Of a stretch of DNA of 46,055 nt, positions 26,006 through 38,208 are shown piece by piece. Origin of the DNA: Planctomycetota bacterium (lineage in GTDB: Bacteria > Planctomycetota > PLA2 > JAEUHO01). The position numbers and the translations under genes are program-made. Location: positions 1 through 46,055 of the forward strand of contig JASJAY010000071.1 in the NCBI GenBank assembly GCA_030066775.1. Reading direction: 5' to 3'. Below the pieces are notes generated by a model. That model was not told the DNA's origin. It worked only from the letters and a program-made list of their open reading frames with translations, and ran no database searches. Numbering within the stretch: the stretch's first letter is position 1; each line of letters starts with the position of its first letter.

Positions 26006-27954
26006 TCCTCGTCGGACGACGCGACGAGCATCAGGTCGGCAACGAGCTTCGCGAAACGCACGGGGTCGGAGGGCGGCCGGCCTTCGGCCAGCACCGCCTG
26101 CCCGTGGAGCAGGTCCGCGAAGTCGAGCACGAGCTGTCCGTCGGGCTCCTTGCCGTGCATCGCAACGAGGCGCTGCACGACGGCGTGCTCGGCGTTGAGC
26201 TCGAGGACGCGACGGCTGGCAGGCATGTCGCGGCCCAGGTCCTTCATGACCTGCTCCATGGCCGGGCCCATCGAGCCCTGCTCCGAGACGAGCACGGCCG
26301 GGCTCTCCTTGAGGCGGCTCGAGAAGCGCACGTCGCTGATCTCGTCGTCCAGGTGCTTCTGCAGCGTCTCGAGCAGATCCTTGTGCTCTTCCTGCTGCTT
26401 CTCGCGGGCCGCCTTGTCCGTCTCGGACTCGACCGCCGCGTCGCCCTGATGCACGCCGGTCAGCGGCTTCTCCTTGTAGGTGGCGAGCCGCTGCAGCATC
26501 CACTCGTCGACGGGATCGCCGAGGAGCAGCACCTCCTGGCCGGCGGCCTTGTACGCCTCGAGATGCGGCGAGGCCGCCAGCGTGCCCGTGTCGAGGCCGG
26601 TGATGTAGTAGATCGCCTCCTGGTCCTCGGGCATGCGCTCGACGTACTCGGCGAGCGTGACGGGCTCGTCGCCGTGCGTGCTCGAGAAGAGACACACGTC
26701 GCTGATCCGGTTGTCGTCGTCCTCGCCGTGGTAGATGCCCTCCTTGAGGACAGCGCCGAAGTCCTCGAAGAACGACCCGTACGCCTCGCGGTCCTTCTTC
26801 AGGCGGTCCTTCAGGCCGCGCAGGACCTTGCTCACCAGGTGGCGGCGGATCTTCGAGGTGATCGGGTTGGCTTGGAGCGTCTGGCGCGACACGTTCAGCG
26901 GCAGGTCCGGGCAGTCGACGATGCCGCGCACGAAGCGCAGCCACGGCGGCAGCAGGTCCTCGCACTCCGGCATGATCAGGACGCGCTTGACGTAGAGCGA
27001 GAGCCGCGACTGGCGCTTCGGGTCCTGGAACAGGTCGAAGGGGCGCTTCTTCGGCAGGTAGAGCAAGGCCGTGTACTCGACCGGGCTCTCCGCCGTGAAG
27101 TGCAGCGTCTCGAAGGGCTCCGTGAAGTCGTGCGTGATGTGGCGGTAGAACTCCGCGTGCTCCTCGTCGGTCACGTCCTTCTTGGCCCGTGCCCACAGGG
27201 GCTTCCGCGAGTTCAGCGTCTCGCGATTGACGACCGTCTGGGTCTCGCCCTCCTTGGGCTTGCCCTCGTCGTCGAGCACGGGCTCGACCGACTCCACGTC
27301 CATCGTGATCGGGTACTCGACGAAGTCGGAGTAGCGCTTCACGATCGCGCGGATCGCCCAGGGCGAGAGGAAGTCCTGCGGCTCCTTCTCCGTCGGATCC
27401 TCGGGCTTCAGGTGCAGCACGATCGTCGTGCCGTGCGAGGCCACCTCGGCGTCCTCGATCGTGAAGGTGCCGTCCGCCGTGCTGCGCCAGCGCGCCCCCT
27501 CCTGCGTGCCCACCCGACGGGAGGTCACGACCACTTCGTCGGCGATCATGAAGCTCGAGTAGAAGCCCACGCCGAACTGGCCGATCAGCTCCGGCGCCTT
27601 CTCGGCGCCGGCCTTCTTCAGCTCGTCCAGGAAGCGGCGCGTCCCGGACTGGGCGATCGTGCCGAGGTTGGTCGCGAGCTCGTCCTTCGTCATGCCGATG
27701 CCGTTGTCGGCGATGGTCAGTGTGCGCGCGTCCTTGTCGACCTCGAGGTGGATCGCCAACGTCTCATCGTCGATCGCGAGGTCGTCGTTCGTCAGCGCCT
27801 CGTGGCGCAGCTTGTCCAGCGCGTCGCTCGCGTTCGAGACGAGCTCGCGCAGGAAGATGTCCTTCTCGGTGTAGAGCGAGTGGATCACGAGCCCCAGGAG
27901 CTCCTGGGTCTCGGCCTCGAACCGGCGGGTCTCGGCTCCGGCAGCGGTGGTCAT
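26002..27954 (-). CDS. htpG: Molecular chaperone HtpG (Hsp90)
   Basis: The start was chosen at [48 protein letters not shown], which carries the GHKL ATPase motifs. The product is about 650 aa. Long overlapping ORFs (25354..27981+, 25370..27196-) are rejected. Confidence 0.92.
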
Positions 27955-28081
27955 CGGGGGGCCTCCTCGAAATCCGTCTAGGACCCCGCAAGGTACCGAT
28001 GGCCGCCGTGGCGTCGAAGCCATGGACGGGGCGCGCTTGGCCCGGCACCATGGCGGGAACGTCCAATCCGGGGAGGACGCG

Positions 28082-29344
28082 ATGCGGCAAGCGGTGGCGG
28101 TGGTGCTCGCAGGGTTGCTCTTGGGGGTCGGGGGGGCACTCCCCCAGGCGCACGCGAAGAAGCCGCCCAAGGTGCCCGCCGGGGCGCACAAGGCGATCGA
28201 GGCCTATCTCGAGGCCGATGCGCAAGCGGAGCCGAAGGCGCTGAAGAAGGCGGTCAAAGCGCTCAAGGGCAAGGGAGACGTCGCGGTCGAGGCGCTGCGC
28301 ACGCTGCCCCCGCTCACCAAGGCCCGCCGCGGGACGAAGCACGACCAGACGTTCGAGAGCGGCGGGCGGACGTTCGTCTACTCCATCCGTCTGCCCAAGG
28401 GCTACGACGGCAAGCGCCGCTTCCCCGTGCTCGTCCTCCCGGACCACGGCGCGGTGAGCGCCGAGGCCGGCATCGGATTCTGGGAGCAGGACGCGCGCGT
28501 CGAGGACTACGTGCTCTTCCGTCCCGTCATCGTGAAGCACCAAGAGGATCGCAAGATCTTCCCCGACGGTCAGTTTCTCGCCGTCGGGCAAGCCGTGGCT
28601 GCCGTCATGCACGACGCCCTGGTGCATCTGCGCCTGCACTACGCCGTCGACCCCGAGCGCTTCCGCATGACGGGGCTCTCACAGGCCGGGCACTACACCT
28701 GGTACTACGCGATGTCGTTCCCGGACTCGTTCGCGGCCATCGTGCCGGAGTCGGCCGGTGGCCCGGCCGTGCGGTTCACCGCGGGACTCGCAGCGGGCAA
28801 CCTCAAGGACCTGCGTACGCGCATCCTGCATCATCCGGACGACCAGATCACGCCGTTCAGCGACGCGAAGAGCCTCTACGACAAGCTGAAGGCGCTGGGC
28901 GCCGCCGTCGAGCTGATCCAGTACAAGGACGAGGACTATCCGGGCGAGCCGTTCCCGAAGCGCCATCCCGGGCCGCACCACCTGCGCCTGAAGCACGTCT
29001 TCGACTTCGCACCGGACGCGACGCGCATCGTGGCGACGAGCTTCACGCGCCAGCAGCGCTTCGCGCAGCAAGGCCGCGAGGGCCGCTGGCTGCTCCCGAC
29101 GCGCACGAAGGACGAGGGCCCGAGGATGGTCACGTGCACCAATGACGACGGCACGCTGTCCACCAACGTGGAGGGAGCGCGCTACCTCGTCGGCCCCGAC
29201 GAGATCGAGGCGAAGCAGACGTTCAAGGTGGGCCGCAAGAAGGTGCGCCCGAAGCTCGACGTCGAGACGCTCTTGCGCCACTTCAAGGCCACGGGCGATC
29301 GTGGCCGCCTGGTCGCGGCCGAGATCGAGGTGCCGGCCGACTGA
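28082..29344 (+). CDS. Secreted α/β-hydrolase esterase (PHB-depolymerase / esterase-like; GxSxG = GLSQAG)
   Basis: Signal peptide MRQAVAVVLAGLLLGVGGALPQAHA. The nucleophile elbow is MTGLSQAGHYTWYYA. Confidence 0.7.
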   Translation: MRQAVAVVLAGLLLGVGGALPQAHAKKPPKVPAGAHKAIEAYLEADAQAEPKALKKAVKALKGKGDVAVEALRTLPPLTKARRGTKHDQTFESGGRTFVYSIRLPKGYDGKRRFPVLVLPDHGAVSAEAGIGFWEQDARVEDYVLFRPVIVKHQEDRKIFPDGQFLAVGQAVAAVMHDALVHLRLHYAVDPERFRMTGLSQAGHYTWYYAMSFPDSFAAIVPESAGGPAVRFTAGLAAGNLKDLRTRILHHPDDQITPFSDAKSLYDKLKALGAAVELIQYKDEDYPGEPFPKRHPGPHHLRLKHVFDFAPDATRIVATSFTRQQRFAQQGREGRWLLPTRTKDEGPRMVTCTNDDGTLSTNVEGARYLVGPDEIEAKQTFKVGRKKVRPKLDVETLLRHFKATGDRGRLVAAEIEVPAD

Positions 29345-29617
29345 TTACTTCTGCGTCTCCGGCATGTGGCCCATGCCGCCGGCCAGGATCGCGTCCAGAT
29401 CGGCCTGGACCTCTTCCTCGCCGTAGAAGTGGCTCGGCCGGCACGCCAGCAGTTCGCCCGCCGGGGTCACGACGACGAATCCATGCTTGTCACGGCCGAA
29501 GGGGTAGCGCTTCTCGGCCCACTGCCCCTGCTCGGACTGCCACTGGAACACCTCGAACGTGCACCGCGAGGCATAGGGTTCCTGCTCTGTCACGACGCGC
29601 ACGGCGTCGACCACCAT
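29345..29617 (-). CDS. Small hypothetical protein (90 aa)
   Basis: The ORF abuts the esterase stop tail-to-tail. Composition is protein-like (…YPFGRDKHGFVVVTPAGELLACRPSHFYGEEEV…). There is no recognisable family and the RBS is weak. Confidence 0.35.
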   Translation of the reverse strand: MVVDAVRVVTEQEPYASRCTFEVFQWQSEQGQWAEKRYPFGRDKHGFVVVTPAGELLACRPSHFYGEEEVQADLDAILAGGMGHMPETQK

Positions 29618-29819
29618 CCGGCAGCGGCCTCACTTCGGCGTGATCATGTAGTACTCGATGTGGTACGTCTGCGCCGGCATCGAGGCGAGCTGGGTCGGCG
29701 AGACGCCCTGGCACCCGGAGACGGGAACGACGAGGGCGAGCACGGCGACGGTGGCGGCAAGTCGGGTCACGGCCGCGGAACATACCGGGACGCCGCCCCA
29801 GGTCCACTACGATGCGCGG

Positions 29820-31271
<1,452 letters not shown>

Positions 31272-31299
31272 TCCGGATGGCCGCGGAGCGGGCCGCGCG

Positions 31300-32070
31300 A
31301 TGAAAGACCTCGTCCGCTGCCTGCGAGAGCACGGCCTGTCGCGCCTCCTCTGGATCGTCGTCCTGGTGATCCCGCTGTGGGCGCTGCGCATCGCCGCGGG
31401 ATACGAGGGCGCCGCGATCGAGGGCGCAGGCGGGCGCCTTCAGTTCACAGGGGGGCTCCGCCTGGTTGCGCTCAGCGGCGCCGCCTTCCTCTGGACCGCA
31501 CTCATTGCCCACGGCCTGCTCACGAGTCACGTTCTCGCGAAGCTCGAGCGGCGGCGCATCTCACGACGGGACATGGTCGCGATCACGCTGCCGTCCACGG
31601 GGATCGCGTGCTGCCACATCACGTGGCAGGCGCTCGCCCTGTCCCTCCTGCTCCACTACGGGGTCGTGACAGAGGTCCTCGGAGACACCCTGCGGTCGGT
31701 GCTCATGGCGGTCGGCCTCATCCTGATGCTCCAGTACCACGCCGGCCGACTCACCTCGATGGCGGGCGCGTTCGTCACGCAGCTGCCCACGGCCGGCGTG
31801 GTGAAGACGCACGATCTGGCCGCGACGGCGCCGGGATGGCTGGATGCCGGCTGGCCGACGCTCTTGGCGGCGGCCTACGTGCTCATGAGCGCAGGGCCGC
31901 CGCTGATCGTGCCGCCGGACGCGCCGACGCCGGGCCCCCTGTTCCTCTTCGTGTTCGGCGGGCTCGAGGCGTGCCTGCTCTGCGCCTGGTTGACGGCGAA
32001 CGTGCTCGCATGGCACCGGCGCTGGGGTGGTGCGGGCGCCGACGAAGACCTGACGCGCGTCTTCAGCTAG
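31300..32070 (+). CDS. Hypothetical polytopic membrane protein
   Basis: 256 aa with 6 or more hydrophobic helices. It starts 29 nt after the peptidase stop. Confidence 0.5.
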   Translation: MKDLVRCLREHGLSRLLWIVVLVIPLWALRIAAGYEGAAIEGAGGRLQFTGGLRLVALSGAAFLWTALIAHGLLTSHVLAKLERRRISRRDMVAITLPSTGIACCHITWQALALSLLLHYGVVTEVLGDTLRSVLMAVGLILMLQYHAGRLTSMAGAFVTQLPTAGVVKTHDLAATAPGWLDAGWPTLLAAAYVLMSAGPPLIVPPDAPTPGPLFLFVFGGLEACLLCAWLTANVLAWHRRWGGAGADEDLTRVFS

Positions 32071-32141
32071 CCGGCGGATGAGAGTTGCGAAGCGCGTGAC
32101 CTCCTCCCATGCTCGGGGGTGTCGGGTCTGAGGAGGACGCC

Positions 32142-32702
32142 ATGGACGGATCAGGTGGGTTCCCGATCGGGCGCATCGGCGCGCTGTTGACCCTCGTCGG
32201 CATGACCGCGCTGCCCTTCGTCTCCTGCGGCCCGATCGACATCGACGGGCACGAGTTCCTGCGCAACAAGACGCCGGACACCTCGGATCTCGAGGGCGCC
32301 TTGAACGACTCGCTGGGCAACCTCGGTGGTGAAGGCGGCGAGAGCCCGTTCTCCATCACGCCGACCGAGCCAGACGCCTCGGGCGAGAAGAAGAAGGAGC
32401 ACATATTCGAGGACGACGACCTGTGGCTCTGGTTCGTCTACCTCGGCGTGTTCGGCCTGGCCGTGATCGGCCTGCTCCTGCCCGACGGACTCAAGCTCTC
32501 GATGCTGGTGGGCGTGCTGGGCATGGGCGGCGTGGTGTTCTTCATTGACCGGTTCGAGAACATGGTGTTCAAGGACTCGACGGAGGCGCTGGGACTCGGC
32601 GGCGGCTTCGACTGGGAGGTGGGCGCCTTCCTGGCGCTCGGCGGCTTCATCCTGGTGGCCGTCGGTGGACTCCGGCAGGTCGCCAGTGGCCCCCCAGACT
32701 AG
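32142..32702 (+). CDS. Hypothetical membrane protein, or lipoprotein with a C-terminal TM pair
   Basis: GAGGAGG lies 5 nt upstream of the ATG at 32142 (MDGSGGFPIGRIGALLTLVGMTALPFVSCG). The Gly-rich C-terminal TM helices are not assignable to a family. Confidence 0.5.
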   Translation: MDGSGGFPIGRIGALLTLVGMTALPFVSCGPIDIDGHEFLRNKTPDTSDLEGALNDSLGNLGGEGGESPFSITPTEPDASGEKKKEHIFEDDDLWLWFVYLGVFGLAVIGLLLPDGLKLSMLVGVLGMGGVVFFIDRFENMVFKDSTEALGLGGGFDWEVGAFLALGGFILVAVGGLRQVASGPPD

Positions 32703-32741
32703 GGCCTGGCCACAAACCCTAACAAATGTTAGGGTTTCGCC

Positions 32742-33815
32742 ATGCAGGCGACCCCCCGAGGACGAGGCACCGGGCTCCGGCCCGAGAACCGCTTCGACCG
32801 CTTCCACGTGCAGCGCGACGGGGACTACGTCGATCCGGATCCGCACGTTGACGGGGAGCCGCCGCGTGCTCCCACCGTCCTGCTGCGTGACACGAGCCGC
32901 ACCGTGCTCTGCGCCAACGACAGCGAGGACGTGGCCTTCGACGTCAGCGTGAACCCCTACCGCGGCTGCGCGCACGGCTGCACGTACTGCTACGCGCGTC
33001 CCTTCCACGAGTACCTGGGCCTGGATGCGGGCCTGGACTTCGAGACGAAGCTCCTCGTGAAGCCCGATGCGCCCGCGCTGCTCGAACGGGAGCTTCGGAA
33101 GCCGCGCTACGAGCCCAAGCCGATCGCGATGTCGGGCGTGACCGATCCGTACCAGCCGGTCGAGCGCGAGCTCAGCCTCACGCGCGGCTGCCTCGAAGTC
33201 TTGCGACGCTTTCGCCATCCCGTCGGCATCGTCACGAAGAACCACCTCATCACGCGCGACATCGACATCCTCGCGGATCTCGCGCAGGACCACGCCGCAC
33301 TGGCCGCCGTCTCCGTGACCACGCTCGATGCGTCGCTGCAGCGCGACATGGAACCGCGCGCATCGTCACCGCGCATGCGCCTCGACGCGATCCGGCGTCT
33401 GGCGGAGGCGGGGATTCCGACCGCGGTCATGGTGGCGCCCGTCGTGCCGGGGCTCACCGACAGCGAGATCCCCGCGATCCTCGAGGCCGCACGCGACGCC
33501 GGGGCACGTCACGCGAGCTGGATCATGCTGCGCCTCCCCCATGCCGTGAAGTCGATCTTCGAGGACTGGCTCACCCGCGCCCGGCCGCTCCGCCGCGACA
33601 AGGTGCTCTCGCTCGTGCGCTCGATGCGCGGCGGGCGCCTGTACGACGCCCGGCCCGGCGTCCGCATGCGCGGCGAGGGCGCCTACGCCACCCACGTTGC
33701 GCGCCTGTTCGAATCGACCCGCCGGCGCCTGGGGTACGACGACGAGCGCACGACCCTGTCCACGACCGCATTTCGTCGGCCCGGGGGCCAGCTGTCGCTC
33801 TTCGAGACGGCCTGA
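32742..33815 (+). CDS. Radical SAM protein, PA0069 / 'DNA-repair photolyase' (SplB-like, COG1533) family
   Basis: The CxxxCxxC radical SAM motif is CAHGCTYCYARPF. The overall length and layout match the PA0069-type family. Confidence 0.75.
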   Translation: MQATPRGRGTGLRPENRFDRFHVQRDGDYVDPDPHVDGEPPRAPTVLLRDTSRTVLCANDSEDVAFDVSVNPYRGCAHGCTYCYARPFHEYLGLDAGLDFETKLLVKPDAPALLERELRKPRYEPKPIAMSGVTDPYQPVERELSLTRGCLEVLRRFRHPVGIVTKNHLITRDIDILADLAQDHAALAAVSVTTLDASLQRDMEPRASSPRMRLDAIRRLAEAGIPTAVMVAPVVPGLTDSEIPAILEAARDAGARHASWIMLRLPHAVKSIFEDWLTRARPLRRDKVLSLVRSMRGGRLYDARPGVRMRGEGAYATHVARLFESTRRRLGYDDERTTLSTTAFRRPGGQLSLFETA

Positions 33816-33914
33816 CCGACCACGCCGCCCGCTCTGCCGTAGGGCCGCCCGGGGCGTGGTATCGTCGACGCCTGAGCGACCCCACATCCAGGCGCTCTGC
33901 GTGAGGAATGACGC

Positions 33915-34310
33915 ATGACCGAAGGCCACACCATCACCGTCGACGTCGTCAAGGACGCCGACCCCAAGGCTCTCGTCTACCGCATCAGCGGCATCTTCGG
34001 CGAGACCAGCAGCTCCTACCGCTTCCTGGACCACCTCCGCGACGAGATGCGTTCCGAGGAGTTCGCCGAGCGCGACCGCGTCGTCTTCAACCTCGAAGAC
34101 GTCGAGTTCCTCTCCAGCGTCGGCGTGGGCATCCTCGCCAGCTGCTACACCACCGCGAAGAAGGCCAACAAGTCGTTCGTGCTCTCCGGCGTGAGCGAGC
34201 AGGCCTCGCGCGTGCTGGACATCACGGGCATGAGCGGCCTGGTCCCGCGCTACACCGACGAGGAAGCCGCCCTCGATCCCGAGGCCGAGCCGATCGAGGC
34301 CGACTACTAA
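33915..34310 (+). CDS. STAS-domain protein (anti-sigma-factor antagonist-like)
   Basis: 131 aa. VVFNLEDVEFLSSVGVGIL has the conserved Ser region. The C-terminal tail is acidic. Confidence 0.7.
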   Translation: MTEGHTITVDVVKDADPKALVYRISGIFGETSSSYRFLDHLRDEMRSEEFAERDRVVFNLEDVEFLSSVGVGILASCYTTAKKANKSFVLSGVSEQASRVLDITGMSGLVPRYTDEEAALDPEAEPIEADY

Positions 34311-34327
34311 GCCCGGACCAAGCAGCC

Positions 34328-35467
34328 CTACCGAGGCTTCGGTCCGATCCGCACGACCCCGATGTCGTGACGGCCCGCATCCAGGGCCGATCGCGGGATC
34401 TCGACGCGTACGAGCTCGCTCCGCAGCCAGCGGTCGAGGGCGACGGAGAAGCGCAGCTCGAACGTGCCGGTGTCGGCGCGTTCCAGCACGAACGTGGATG
34501 CCTGTTCGCCGCGCGTGCGCCCAAACCACGTCGAGACCTGCTTGCCGTCCCGGTGCACGGTCGCGAGCACGCTCACGGGGTCCTGACGCAACCACGGGGC
34601 GTCGCCCGCTCCCGTCCACTCGAGGCGTCCTTCGACGAGCACGTAGGGCAGCAGGGTGATCTCGAGGCGGGTCGCCTCGGCACCCTCCTCGATCTCCCAC
34701 CGGCGTCCCGGCGTGTTCGCGTTCGGTAGCCGTGCGCGAAGCAGCAGCCGGTCGTTGCTCGTGGCGGCGAACACGGCCAGCCCCTCCTCGTTCGTTCGGC
34801 CGACCCAACCGAAGTGCCCGTAGCCCTCGACCTCGACGCGCAGGTGCGCCCCGGCAACGGGCTGCTGCTTGTGGTCCCGGACGAGCACGGTGAGCGCGCG
34901 CGCCGCAGCGAGAGGAACGCGGCCGATCTCGAGCACGGGGCGGTCGCGCGCGCTCGCGCGCGTCGCGCGGAACACGGCATACGGCGGCGCGTGGAGCGCG
35001 ACCTCGACGCCGCGGGGATGCGCATCGAACCCGGTGCACGCAAAGCGTCCTTCGGCATCCACCTTCGTCGTCATCATGCGGCTGCGCTGCGTGCGCGTCA
35101 CGACGCGGACCTCGGTCGGCATCGTGGCGCCCTTCGGCACCTCGAGCCGGCCGCGGATCGTGACGCCCGGATCGAGCACGATACGCATGCCGCGGGTGCC
35201 GGGCTCCGCCTCCACGTCCTTCGTGCGGAACCCATTCGCGAAGATGCGGATCGGCGCAGGCATGTTCGGCGCGACGGTCACGCTGAAGCGACCCTCGGCA
35301 TCCGTGTCGTCGATGCCGCCAGGCCAGTACTGCCCGACGTGCACGCGGGCCCCCGGGACCGGCTTGCCCTGCGCGTCGACCACGCGTCCGGTCACGGTCT
35401 CGCCCTCGCGTCCGTAGGCGGGCGCCCACAGCAGGAGGAGCAACAGGACCGGCAGCGCGCGCGCCAT
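34328..35467 (-). CDS. Secreted protein with tandem carboxypeptidase-regulatory-like domains
   Basis: The start was chosen at MARALPVLLLLLLWAPAYG (signal peptide). The repeated motif TGRVVDAQGKPVPGARVHV...TDAEGRFSV appears several more times (e.g. AGAHLRVEV...TNEEGLAVF). Confidence 0.7.
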   Translation of the reverse strand: MARALPVLLLLLLWAPAYGREGETVTGRVVDAQGKPVPGARVHVGQYWPGGIDDTDAEGRFSVTVAPNMPAPIRIFANGFRTKDVEAEPGTRGMRIVLDPGVTIRGRLEVPKGATMPTEVRVVTRTQRSRMMTTKVDAEGRFACTGFDAHPRGVEVALHAPPYAVFRATRASARDRPVLEIGRVPLAAARALTVLVRDHKQQPVAGAHLRVEVEGYGHFGWVGRTNEEGLAVFAATSNDRLLLRARLPNANTPGRRWEIEEGAEATRLEITLLPYVLVEGRLEWTGAGDAPWLRQDPVSVLATVHRDGKQVSTWFGRTRGEQASTFVLERADTGTFELRFSVALDRWLRSELVRVEIPRSALDAGRHDIGVVRIGPKPR

Positions 35468-35525
35468 GGGCGTCGATGGTAGGCGTGGCACGCAGACGCC
35501 GCTGCAAAAGGCCTGCAATCGCGTC

Positions 35526-36506
35526 TCAGTAGCCGGCCTCGACGTCGACGCGGTTGTCGAGCACGTCCCCGCGTGCCGCCTGGTTGAGCAGCGCGGCCAC
35601 GTGTTCTCCCCGCAAGCGCTCGGTCTCGACCGTGTGCCCGGCGCGATGCGGGCTCAGCACGACGTTGTCGAGCTCGTGGAAGGGGTGCTCCGCAGGCAGC
35701 GTTTGCTCGCGCTCCCCTTCCTCGCGCGGGTAGCGGTACCAGACGTCCAGTCCCGCCGCGCCGATCCCCCCGCTCCTGAGCGCCGCGTAGAAGGCGGCCT
35801 CCTCGATGATCGCGCCGCGCCCCACGTTCACGATGACGGCGTCGTCGGGCATGGCGGCGAGCGCCGCCGCGTCGACCACGCCCTTCGTAGCGGGCGTCGA
35901 CGGCAGACAGACGAAGAGCACCTGCGCGCGCGGCCAGAGATCGGGCAGCGCGGCCGGGGCACGCACCTCGACCGCAGGGAGCTCCGGATCGGGCCCCTCC
36001 GCGCGGCGTACGCCCACCACGTGCATGCCGAGCGCGAGACACGTCCGCGCCACGCGCCGGCCGATGTGCCCATAACCGAGCACGACGGCCGTGCGCCCTT
36101 CGAGGAGCGGCGCGATCGACGGGGCGTAGCGCGGACGCCAGTCCCCTGCGCGGAGAGCGCGGTCCAACGGCACGACGCGCTTCGCCGCGGCGAGCATCAG
36201 CGTGACGGCGAGCTCGGCGGTCGGGGCGGCGTTGTGGTGGAGGTTGTGCAGCGCCACGCCGGTGCGCTCGAGCAGCAGCTCGCGCGTGCGCTTGGGCACG
36301 CCGGCGTACGGAATCAGCACCGTCTCGAGCGCGGGCAGCGAGGCGAGCACGTCCGCAGACGGGGTGCCGCCCACGTAGACGGTGACCGTGTGCCGGTCCC
36401 CCGGCGCCTCGCCGGTCGTGAGACGTACGGACTCGTCGAGGGAACGAGTGAGCGCCGGGAGGAATTCACCCCCCGGCGCATCAGGCATCCAGGCATGGAC
36501 CGTCAT
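35526..36506 (-). CDS. D-isomer-specific 2-hydroxyacid dehydrogenase family NAD-binding protein
   Basis: The Rossmann motif is VVLGYGHIGRRVA. The catalytic region is NVGRGAIIEE...LDVW...PHRAGHT. Confidence 0.85.
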   Translation of the reverse strand: MTVHAWMPDAPGGEFLPALTRSLDESVRLTTGEAPGDRHTVTVYVGGTPSADVLASLPALETVLIPYAGVPKRTRELLLERTGVALHNLHHNAAPTAELAVTLMLAAAKRVVPLDRALRAGDWRPRYAPSIAPLLEGRTAVVLGYGHIGRRVARTCLALGMHVVGVRRAEGPDPELPAVEVRAPAALPDLWPRAQVLFVCLPSTPATKGVVDAAALAAMPDDAVIVNVGRGAIIEEAAFYAALRSGGIGAAGLDVWYRYPREEGEREQTLPAEHPFHELDNVVLSPHRAGHTVETERLRGEHVAALLNQAARGDVLDNRVDVEAGY

Positions 36507-36516
36507 GGAGCTCGGA

Positions 36517-38166
36517 TCAGGCCTCGCTCGCGTCGCCGCCGGCCTTGGGCTTCGCCTTGCCGGTCGCCTTGGCGGTGGACTTCGCGGCAGGTGCCGCCTT
36601 GGCCTCGGCGTCCTTCACCAGCTGGCCGAAGAACTCCGGCATCTCGACCCCGCCGATGTCCTTCATCATGTGGAGCATCGGAGGCAGCGAGCCGGCCAGG
36701 CTCGACAGGAAGTTCGAGGTCGCGCTGCCTTCGCCGCCGCCGCCCGCACCACCGGCGCCGTCCCAGACGACCACCTTGTCGAACTTGATGTTGCTGATGG
36801 CGTGGGCCGCGTTCTCGGAGAGCTTCTCGAGGTGCTCGAGCATGAGCATCTGGAACGCCTGCTGGGAGCCGCCGCAGGCCGCGACGATCTCGCCCAGACC
36901 CTGACCCTTCTTGGCCAGGATCTCGTACTGGCCGCGCGCCTCCGCTTCGAGCTTCGCGAAGATCGCGGCGGCTTCACCCTGGGCATCGATGCGCTTGCGC
37001 TCGGCCTCGGCCTCGGCGTCCACGACGATCTTGGCCTTCTCGGCGCGGGCGACCGCGACGAGGTCGGCCATCTTCTCGGCCTCGACCTTCTCAGCCTCGG
37101 CCTTCGCGGCATCCGCCTGCGCCAGGTACTGGGCCTTGAGCACGTCCGCTTCGGCAACGCGCTTCTTGGTCTCACCGCGCTGGTACGCCTCGGCGCGCTC
37201 GACCTGGAGGCTCGCGTCCGCCTGGGCGATCTTCGCCTTGGCCTCGTTCTCGCCGGTCACCGCCGTGGCGTCGGCGTCCGCCACGCGGATGCGCTTGGCG
37301 CGCTCGGCGTCGGCGATGTCGGCGTCGCGCTGGTAGGCGGCGGTCTGCGCGCCGACCTGGGCGTCCTTATCGAGGTTGGCGACCTCGATCACGCGGTCGC
37401 GGTCGGCCGACTTGGTGCCGATGTCGCGCTCCTTGTTCGCCTCGGCGACCATGATGTCCTGCTCGCGCTCGGCGTTGGCGACGCCGATGGCGCCCTTCTT
37501 CTCCTGCTCGGCCACGTCGACCTCGGCCTGCTTGACCGCCGTCGCCGCCGCCTTGCGGCCGATCGCCTCGATGTAGCCGGACTCGTCCGTGATGTCGGTG
37601 ATGTTCACGTTGATCAGCACGAGGCCGATCTTCCGAAGCTCGGGCTCGAGCGAGGACTGCACGCGATCGAGGAACGAGTCGCGGTCGCGGTTGATCTCCT
37701 CGATCTGCATGGACGCGATCACCTGGCGCAGCTGGCCGAAGATGATGTCGCGCGCCTGGTTGTCGATCTCCTGCGGCTTCAGGCCGAGCAGGCGGATCGC
37801 GGCGTTGTTCATCACCGCCGGCTCCGTGCCGATCGCGACCGTGAACACCGACGGCACGTTGACGCGGATGTTCTCGATCGACAGCGCGCCGCGCAGCGGA
37901 ATCTCGATCTGCCGCGGCTCGAGATCCAGGAAGTCGTAGTCCTGGATCAGGGGCCAGACGAACGAGCCGCCGCCGTGGATACAGCTGGCGGCGCTGCCGC
38001 CGCCCACCTTTCCGTACTTCACGAGGATCTTGTTGGAGGGACAGCGCTTGTAGCGCTTCACCAGCAGCATGACGAAGCTGAACACCAACAGGACGATGAA
38101 GGCGATGAAGATCACGCGGGTCTGGTCCGCGTCGATCGCCAGAAGCATCGAGAGCAAGCCGTTCAA
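36517..38166 (-). CDS. Flotillin-family SPFH / band-7 protein
   Basis: An N-terminal TM is followed by the SPFH domain. Next comes a long Ala/Glu/Lys-rich coiled coil (EAEKVEAEKMADLVAVARAEKAKIV...) and a Gly-rich C-terminus. The product is 549 aa, typical of FloT/YuaG-like flotillins. Confidence 0.88.
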   Translation of the reverse strand: MNGLLSMLLAIDADQTRVIFIAFIVLLVFSFVMLLVKRYKRCPSNKILVKYGKVGGGSAASCIHGGGSFVWPLIQDYDFLDLEPRQIEIPLRGALSIENIRVNVPSVFTVAIGTEPAVMNNAAIRLLGLKPQEIDNQARDIIFGQLRQVIASMQIEEINRDRDSFLDRVQSSLEPELRKIGLVLINVNITDITDESGYIEAIGRKAAATAVKQAEVDVAEQEKKGAIGVANAEREQDIMVAEANKERDIGTKSADRDRVIEVANLDKDAQVGAQTAAYQRDADIADAERAKRIRVADADATAVTGENEAKAKIAQADASLQVERAEAYQRGETKKRVAEADVLKAQYLAQADAAKAEAEKVEAEKMADLVAVARAEKAKIVVDAEAEAERKRIDAQGEAAAIFAKLEAEARGQYEILAKKGQGLGEIVAACGGSQQAFQMLMLEHLEKLSENAAHAISNIKFDKVVVWDGAGGAGGGGEGSATSNFLSSLAGSLPPMLHMMKDIGGVEMPEFFGQLVKDAEAKAAPAAKSTAKATGKAKPKAGGDASEA

Positions 38167-38208
38167 GGGGTCTCCTTTCCGTGGGGTGCGCCGGTGGCGC
38201 CCCGGTGT

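Noticed and set aside
25354-27981. 875-aa plus ORF and 608-aa minus ORF (25370..27196)
   Set aside because: They are antisense to, or an alternate frame of, htpG. HtpG has clear GHKL/Hsp90 motifs.
27955-28081. Looked for a CIRCE/HrcA operator (TTAGCACTC-N9-GAGTGCTAA) upstream of htpG
   Set aside because: There is no match in the htpG/esterase divergent intergenic region. Heat-shock control here cannot be inferred from sequence.
33816-33914. Possible stem-loop (CCACGCC...GGCGTGG and direct GCCGCCCG repeats) between the radical-SAM and STAS genes
   Set aside because: The stem is short, the loop is long (about 25 nt) and there is no U-tract. This is no better than the background GC-rich self-complementarity expected in this genome.
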